Source of the DNA: a virus
Strand: one strand, 5' to 3'
Length of the DNA: 64,000 nt
Virus record (IMG/VR): IMGVR_UViG_3300031730_000001
Coordinates: 25,874-89,873 of that record
This document shows positions 59,549 through 64,000 of this stretch, in pieces (within the stretch, counting starts at the first letter, position 1; each line of letters opens with the position of its first letter). A model generated the notes under the pieces. The model had not been told where the DNA came from and ran no database searches. It saw only the letters and a program-made list of their open reading frames with translations. A program made the translations under genes and the position numbers.

Positions 59549-61729
59549 GTGGCCACCGAAGCCCAGCCCGACATGGAGAAGCAGCCGACCGAGGCGGCCA
59601 CCGAGCCCACTCGCGGCGACCGCATCAAGGCCGCGTTCGCCGTGCAGCGTGGCCACGTCAGCGCCCGCACCAAGGACTGGCTCGCCACCGGCGACCTCGA
59701 CGAACTCGACATCCTGCAGCTCGCCGCCGAACGCAAGCAACGCAAGCACAACGAGAAGATCGTCCACCAGAACCGGATCGTCGCCGAAGCGCACGGAAAC
59801 CTCTACAACGCCAAGCTGCAGGCCGAGAACGGCGACGGCGGCAACGGTGCCGTGTCGCGTCTGGGAGGTCGCGTGGCTGCGGAAGAGGCCAAGCTCGCCG
59901 CACTCCAGAACACAATCGTGATGCCTCCGACCGACCGTGAGATCAACATGGTCCGCCACACCAAGAAGGCGACCCGGGGCGCCATCCTCGCTGGCGGCGG
60001 CCTCGCATCGCTGCCCATGCTGGGCACTGCGATCGAGATGACCGCCAACGGTCAGCCGCTCATCCTCGCCGCCCTCGGCACGGCCGCCGGCTACGGCTGG
60101 TACCTGGTCTCGCGCCCTTTCGTCGACGGCCAGCCTGCACCTGCCCCGAGCATGGAGACGCAGCTGGCCGCCCCGGTCGACATGGTGAAGACCGAGCAGC
60201 CGGGGATGCGGGAGTTCAACGCCCCGCCGCCGCCCGCGTGCACCGTGCCGCAGCTTGAGGAAGCCCTCCGCAAGATCGGCATGGTGAAAGGTGACGAGCA
60301 GCTCGCGATTCTCGCCGTGCCGCAGCGGGAGAAGGACGGCAACACCACCGTCGTCTTCGACCTGCCCGCAGGCCAGACTGTCGCCAAACTCCAAGACAAG
60401 ATCGAGGTGTTCGCCGGCGCGATCGGCCGCGACTCCGCCATGGTCGACATCGAGAAGAAGGGCAGCGCAGTCCGCACCAGCCTGTGGATCGCCGACCAGG
60501 ACCCGTTCGAAGATGTCCGGCCTTCACCGCTCCTGAAGAAGCCCACCCAGTTGGACGCCTTCAAGGACGGCGTGCCGGTCGGCTGGGGCAAGCGGGGCAA
60601 CACCATCCTGCTGCCCATCAGCACCTCCAACACGGTGATCGGCGGCACGACCCGCTCCGGCAAGGGCGTCGGCGCATCCAACCTGGTCGTCGGCGCCGCC
60701 TTCGACCCGCGCATCAACCTGCGGATCATCGCAGGTAAGCAGAACGGTGAATGGGACGCCTACGCCAAGGCCGGAGTCGCATCCACCTACTTCAAGCCCG
60801 ACCCGGACAGGCTCGTCGCCCTCCTGGAAGCCGAGATCGCCGACAAGAACAGGCGCGAAGTCGAACTCGGTCGCCTCGGCAAGAGCAAGCTCGTTGCGCC
60901 CGCCATTGAGCAGATCGGCGGCATTGAGCTGATCGTGATCGACGAAGGGGCGACATACACCAGGTCGAAGAAGCATCGCCGTGACGAGATCATGGAGAGG
61001 CTGGTCCTGCTCGCGTCGGTTGCCGCTGGTGCAGGCATCCTCATCGTCTTCATCACGCAGTACCCGAACGCCGACGTCTTCCCGAGCGAACTCGCCGTCA
61101 ACTTCACGACCAGCTGGGCGATGCGCGTCGACAATGCGGAGCAGTCGAACGCCATCCTCGGCAAGGGCCAGTCGGGCATGGGGCGTGACGCCTCCAAGTT
61201 CGATCCGCCGCGGCCCGGCCTCGGCTGGCTGGTCAATCCGTTCGCGGGGATCACCGACAAGGCCCGCAGCTTTGACATCGACGAGGACGACCGCAGCGAG
61301 ATCACGATGCTGCTAGAGAAGGCGGCGAAGATCCGCGAGAAGGCGGGCCGGCTGGCCGGGCAGTGGGACGACCCGATCGAGCAGCACCTCCTCAACGCCA
61401 CCGGCCTGTCGTCGGCAGCCGGCGGCCCGAAGCGGGACGGCATCCCGGGCCGGAACGTCCTCAACCACACGCCGGAGCAGCGCATGCAGATGGACGCGCT
61501 GCGCGGCTGCCTCGTCGCGATGAACGACCTCGGCCGGGATGTGGCGCAGCTCGACGAGATGGCCCAGGTCATCGGCGGCGGCATGGCGGAGGAGCGTCTC
61601 GGCGAGTTGCTTCGAGCGGCCGGGGCCGGCGGAACGGTCAAGGTCACGATTCCGGGGTTGCGGAACCGCGTGAACGGCTACAAGCGGGCGGACATCGCCG
61701 ACGCGCTCGAACTCCTCGAAGGCAACTAG
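59549..61729 (+). CDS. traB: TraB-like FtsK/SpoIIIE DNA translocase
   Basis: Two N-terminal TM helices, Walker A GGTTRSGKG, Walker B LIVIDE, TQYP, C-terminal wHTH-like end (GYKRADI). Confidence 0.82.
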   Translation: MATEAQPDMEKQPTEAATEPTRGDRIKAAFAVQRGHVSARTKDWLATGDLDELDILQLAAERKQRKHNEKIVHQNRIVAEAHGNLYNAKLQAENGDGGNGAVSRLGGRVAAEEAKLAALQNTIVMPPTDREINMVRHTKKATRGAILAGGGLASLPMLGTAIEMTANGQPLILAALGTAAGYGWYLVSRPFVDGQPAPAPSMETQLAAPVDMVKTEQPGMREFNAPPPPACTVPQLEEALRKIGMVKGDEQLAILAVPQREKDGNTTVVFDLPAGQTVAKLQDKIEVFAGAIGRDSAMVDIEKKGSAVRTSLWIADQDPFEDVRPSPLLKKPTQLDAFKDGVPVGWGKRGNTILLPISTSNTVIGGTTRSGKGVGASNLVVGAAFDPRINLRIIAGKQNGEWDAYAKAGVASTYFKPDPDRLVALLEAEIADKNRREVELGRLGKSKLVAPAIEQIGGIELIVIDEGATYTRSKKHRRDEIMERLVLLASVAAGAGILIVFITQYPNADVFPSELAVNFTTSWAMRVDNAEQSNAILGKGQSGMGRDASKFDPPRPGLGWLVNPFAGITDKARSFDIDEDDRSEITMLLEKAAKIREKAGRLAGQWDDPIEQHLLNATGLSSAAGGPKRDGIPGRNVLNHTPEQRMQMDALRGCLVAMNDLGRDVAQLDEMAQVIGGGMAEERLGELLRAAGAGGTVKVTIPGLRNRVNGYKRADIADALELLEGN

Positions 61730-61753
61730 GCGAAGCGGTATGCACCGCTTTGC

Positions 61754-61868
61754 CCCGGACAGTCCAGGGTGAAATGTGACATTCACCCGGACTGTACCCC
61801 GGACGCTCGCCCCGTCGCCCCGGACAGCACCCGGACGCGACCCGGGTCACGACCACCCGCCGTCCGGG
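61754..61868 (+). repeat. clt-like locus: clustered CCCGGAC repeats
   Basis: CCCGGAC at 61754, 61786, 61798, 61819, 61830; inverted copy at 61862; directly downstream of traB. Confidence 0.7.
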
Positions 61869-61938
61869 GGTGCGACTGGGTGCAAATTATCGCAAGTCCA
61901 CCCGACAAAGCTACGTAAAAACGACAGGAGATCCACTC

Positions 61939-63042
61939 ATGCCCAAGACCTGGCAGCCCGGACGCAGGGGCGTCCGTGAGCTCACCCGCTTCATCTCGGA
62001 GAACGGCAAGGGCGTCACCGTCTACACCGTCTCCCAGCAGGCCCTCAACGCGGCGCCGTGGGAGGACGCCAAAATGTGGGTCGCCCGCACCTTCGACTGG
62101 CGCTCCCCGATCACCGGCCACTGGATGACCGGGCACCTCTCCGTCGAAGGACTCTTTGCGCAAGAGGGCACCGTCTACGAGCAGCCGCCCCGCGGCATGC
62201 GCGAACTCGGCAGCCCCGGACGTCAGGTCGCCGGCCCCGTCGGCCACGGCGACTACAGCGCCTATCTCGACGACTCGGAGATCCGCGGACTGCAGAAGCG
62301 GGTCCAGAACGGAAGCGACCCCGCGACCCGCCCCAGCCGCGGCGAACGCGGACGGCGTCGCTGACGAAGCCCACCCATCCTCAACCGATCAAGGAGAAGT
62401 CCATGCAGTACACCCACCGCTCCGTCCAGGACTACGTCGCCGCGCTTCTTCGCGGCGACCGCGCCACCACCGACCGCATCGTCCGCGAAGTGACCGCCCG
62501 CTTCGACACCCGGAAGACCGACGGCAGCGAAGCCGCCGAACTCCTCGACGCCACCATGCCCGTCCGCTTCGCCGAAGGCGGCTGACCGTGGCGAAGACGA
62601 CCGCCCGCTACGCCACCCCTGGAGGCGGCACCGTCACCCTGCACCAGGGCGGCATGCTCGCCGCACTTGCAGGCAGCGGCGCCTGGTACGAGTGCACCGG
62701 CTGTGGACCCGGACGCTTCAAAGTCACCAACTGGTCGAACGAAACGCAGTCCGACCTCGTCGACTACGACGGCACCGAGCAAGCAGCCGAACAGCACGGC
62801 ACCACCTGCCGCCGCATCCCCCAGTAGCCCAGCCAGCCAAGGAGACCCGAATGACCGACAAGCAGCGCCTCTTCGAGACCGCCGTCCGCGACGCCGTCGT
62901 CGTGCTCACGATCATGCAGCAGAAGACCTTCGAGATCGGACCCGCGTTCGCCACAGCCGACGCCAGCACCGACAAGGCGAAGGCCGTCGGCTGGACCCTC
63001 GAACAAATCGAGGCCGAAGCCAAACGACGCGTCGGCGCCTGA
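61939..63042 (+). other. Hypothetical genes (61939-62364, 62403-62585, 62588-62827, 62851-63042)
   Basis: AGGAG-type SD sites or close spacing. Confidence 0.6.
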
Positions 63043-63132
63043 CTCAGCCGGGGCGCCCCTTCCCGCCTGGCAGCAAAGCAGGGGCGCCCCATCCACCCAC
63101 CACGCGCGAACGCGCAGACAGGCAACGCCCAC

Positions 63133-63645
63133 ATGACCACGACCATCCTTGCCCCGGCAAGCCCGCCCCCCGCCCTCGACCTCGACGCACGAATAGCGCT
63201 CCGCCTCGCCCTCATGAACGAACGCCTCAACGAAGCCGCCGTCGCCTTCGAGGTCAACACGGCCCACATCGAATCCGCCGAGCCCGTACCGGCGATCAGT
63301 TCCGTCGTACCGCTCACCCCCACCCTGGCGCCCGCGCCCAGCCCCTACGAGACGCCTGTCGCCGCACTACTGCACCGGGCCCGCGTCCGCATCGAAACCT
63401 ACGGCTGGGCCCGCCAGCTCCGCGACGACCAAGCCATGGCCCGCTGCCCCGGCGGCGCCATCCAGATCGAAGCCTCCACCAGCAGCGACGACGCCAGCGC
63501 GCGGCGGCTCCTCTTCGAAGCCATCGAGCGCGACTTCCCGCAGGCGGAGTCGATCCCGTCCTGGAACGACGCACAGGCCGGGCCGCGACTTCCGCTGCTC
63601 TACCTCGAACGTGCCGCGCAACTCGCCGGCGCCCGCGGCCTCTAA
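63133..63645 (+). CDS. DUF6197-like protein
   Basis: L.RA...I...GW.....C..GAI...IPSWND...L.RAA. Confidence 0.6.
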   Translation: MTTTILAPASPPPALDLDARIALRLALMNERLNEAAVAFEVNTAHIESAEPVPAISSVVPLTPTLAPAPSPYETPVAALLHRARVRIETYGWARQLRDDQAMARCPGGAIQIEASTSSDDASARRLLFEAIERDFPQAESIPSWNDAQAGPRLPLLYLERAAQLAGARGL

Positions 63646-63735
63646 CCCAACCCGAAGGAGCACGCTCATGGCACGGATCCTCACCAGCGAGCCCGACGGC
63701 GTCATCCGCATGGCCCCCGGCAATGCGATCGGGCA

Positions 63736-63948
63736 ATGACCATGGCCAGCCTCAGGGAAACCGCAGTCGCCCTCAACGTTGAGTACGAGATGAGGCGACG
63801 CGCCGGAGCGCCCACCGACGACTTCCTCACCAAAACGGTCGTCCCCGCCACCAAGCGGGCAGTCGCCGCCGGCGCCGACTTCGACACCATCCAGGCCGAC
63901 GCCGACCGCGAGTTCGGGCAGTGGCTCATCGACAACGCCGGAAGGTAG
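63736..63948 (+). CDS. Hypothetical protein
   Basis: 70 aa ORF. Confidence 0.45.
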   Translation: MTMASLRETAVALNVEYEMRRRAGAPTDDFLTKTVVPATKRAVAAGADFDTIQADADREFGQWLIDNAGR

Positions 63949-64000
63949 GGAGATTCGTCATGGGATTCCTGGAACGCCGCGCCACCCGGGCCTGGCATGA

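Larger units (their letters stand above)
1..64000. mobile_element. Temperate siphovirus-like actinophage genome segment (Streptomyces-like host), continuing beyond both window edges
   Basis: Tail, lysis, integration/immunity and replication modules in canonical order; no host housekeeping genes seen. Confidence 0.93.

Noticed and set aside
59549-61729. ATPase as a packaging terminase or type VII secretion EccC
   Set aside because: Single ATPase domain with TM anchor, no nuclease domain and no WXG100 partners; context fits TraB
1-64000. CRISPR array, tRNA/rRNA genes, reverse transcriptase (retron/DGR)
   Set aside because: No repeat-spacer array, cloverleaf or RT motifs recognised by eye; a formal scan was not possible

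Overview
This high-GC, Streptomyces-like window covers about 64 kb of a large temperate siphovirus-type phage genome. It appears to be in its non-integrated arrangement, because an attP-like region sits mid-window with phage genes on both sides. From left to right it contains: a tail module (chaperone, tape measure, Dit, minor tail proteins); a lysis region (papain-like protease, amidase endolysin, DUF6527-like protein, 3'-5' exoribonuclease, holin, collagen-like protein); a frameshifted TnpB-only IS200/IS605 insertion; a second, Xer-like tyrosine recombinase directly preceded by a 13-6-13 dif/lox-like palindrome; many small regulated morons; attP, tyrosine integrase, repressor, Cro-like, excisionase-like and antirepressor genes; an early operon (HNH, Bet, DnaQ-like exonuclease, two WhiB, C5 methyltransferase, EndoVII, replication initiator with iterons, VUT/YhhQ transporter plus DpdA-like transglycosylase, SLOG, Thg1-like); and a separately regulated operon ending in Spd-like membrane proteins, a TraB/FtsK DNA translocase and a clt-like CCCGGAC repeat cluster. 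The most notable inference is a single element combining virion, integration, replication, dimer-resolution and Streptomyces-type conjugation modules. All family assignments come from motif recognition by eye, not from database searches.
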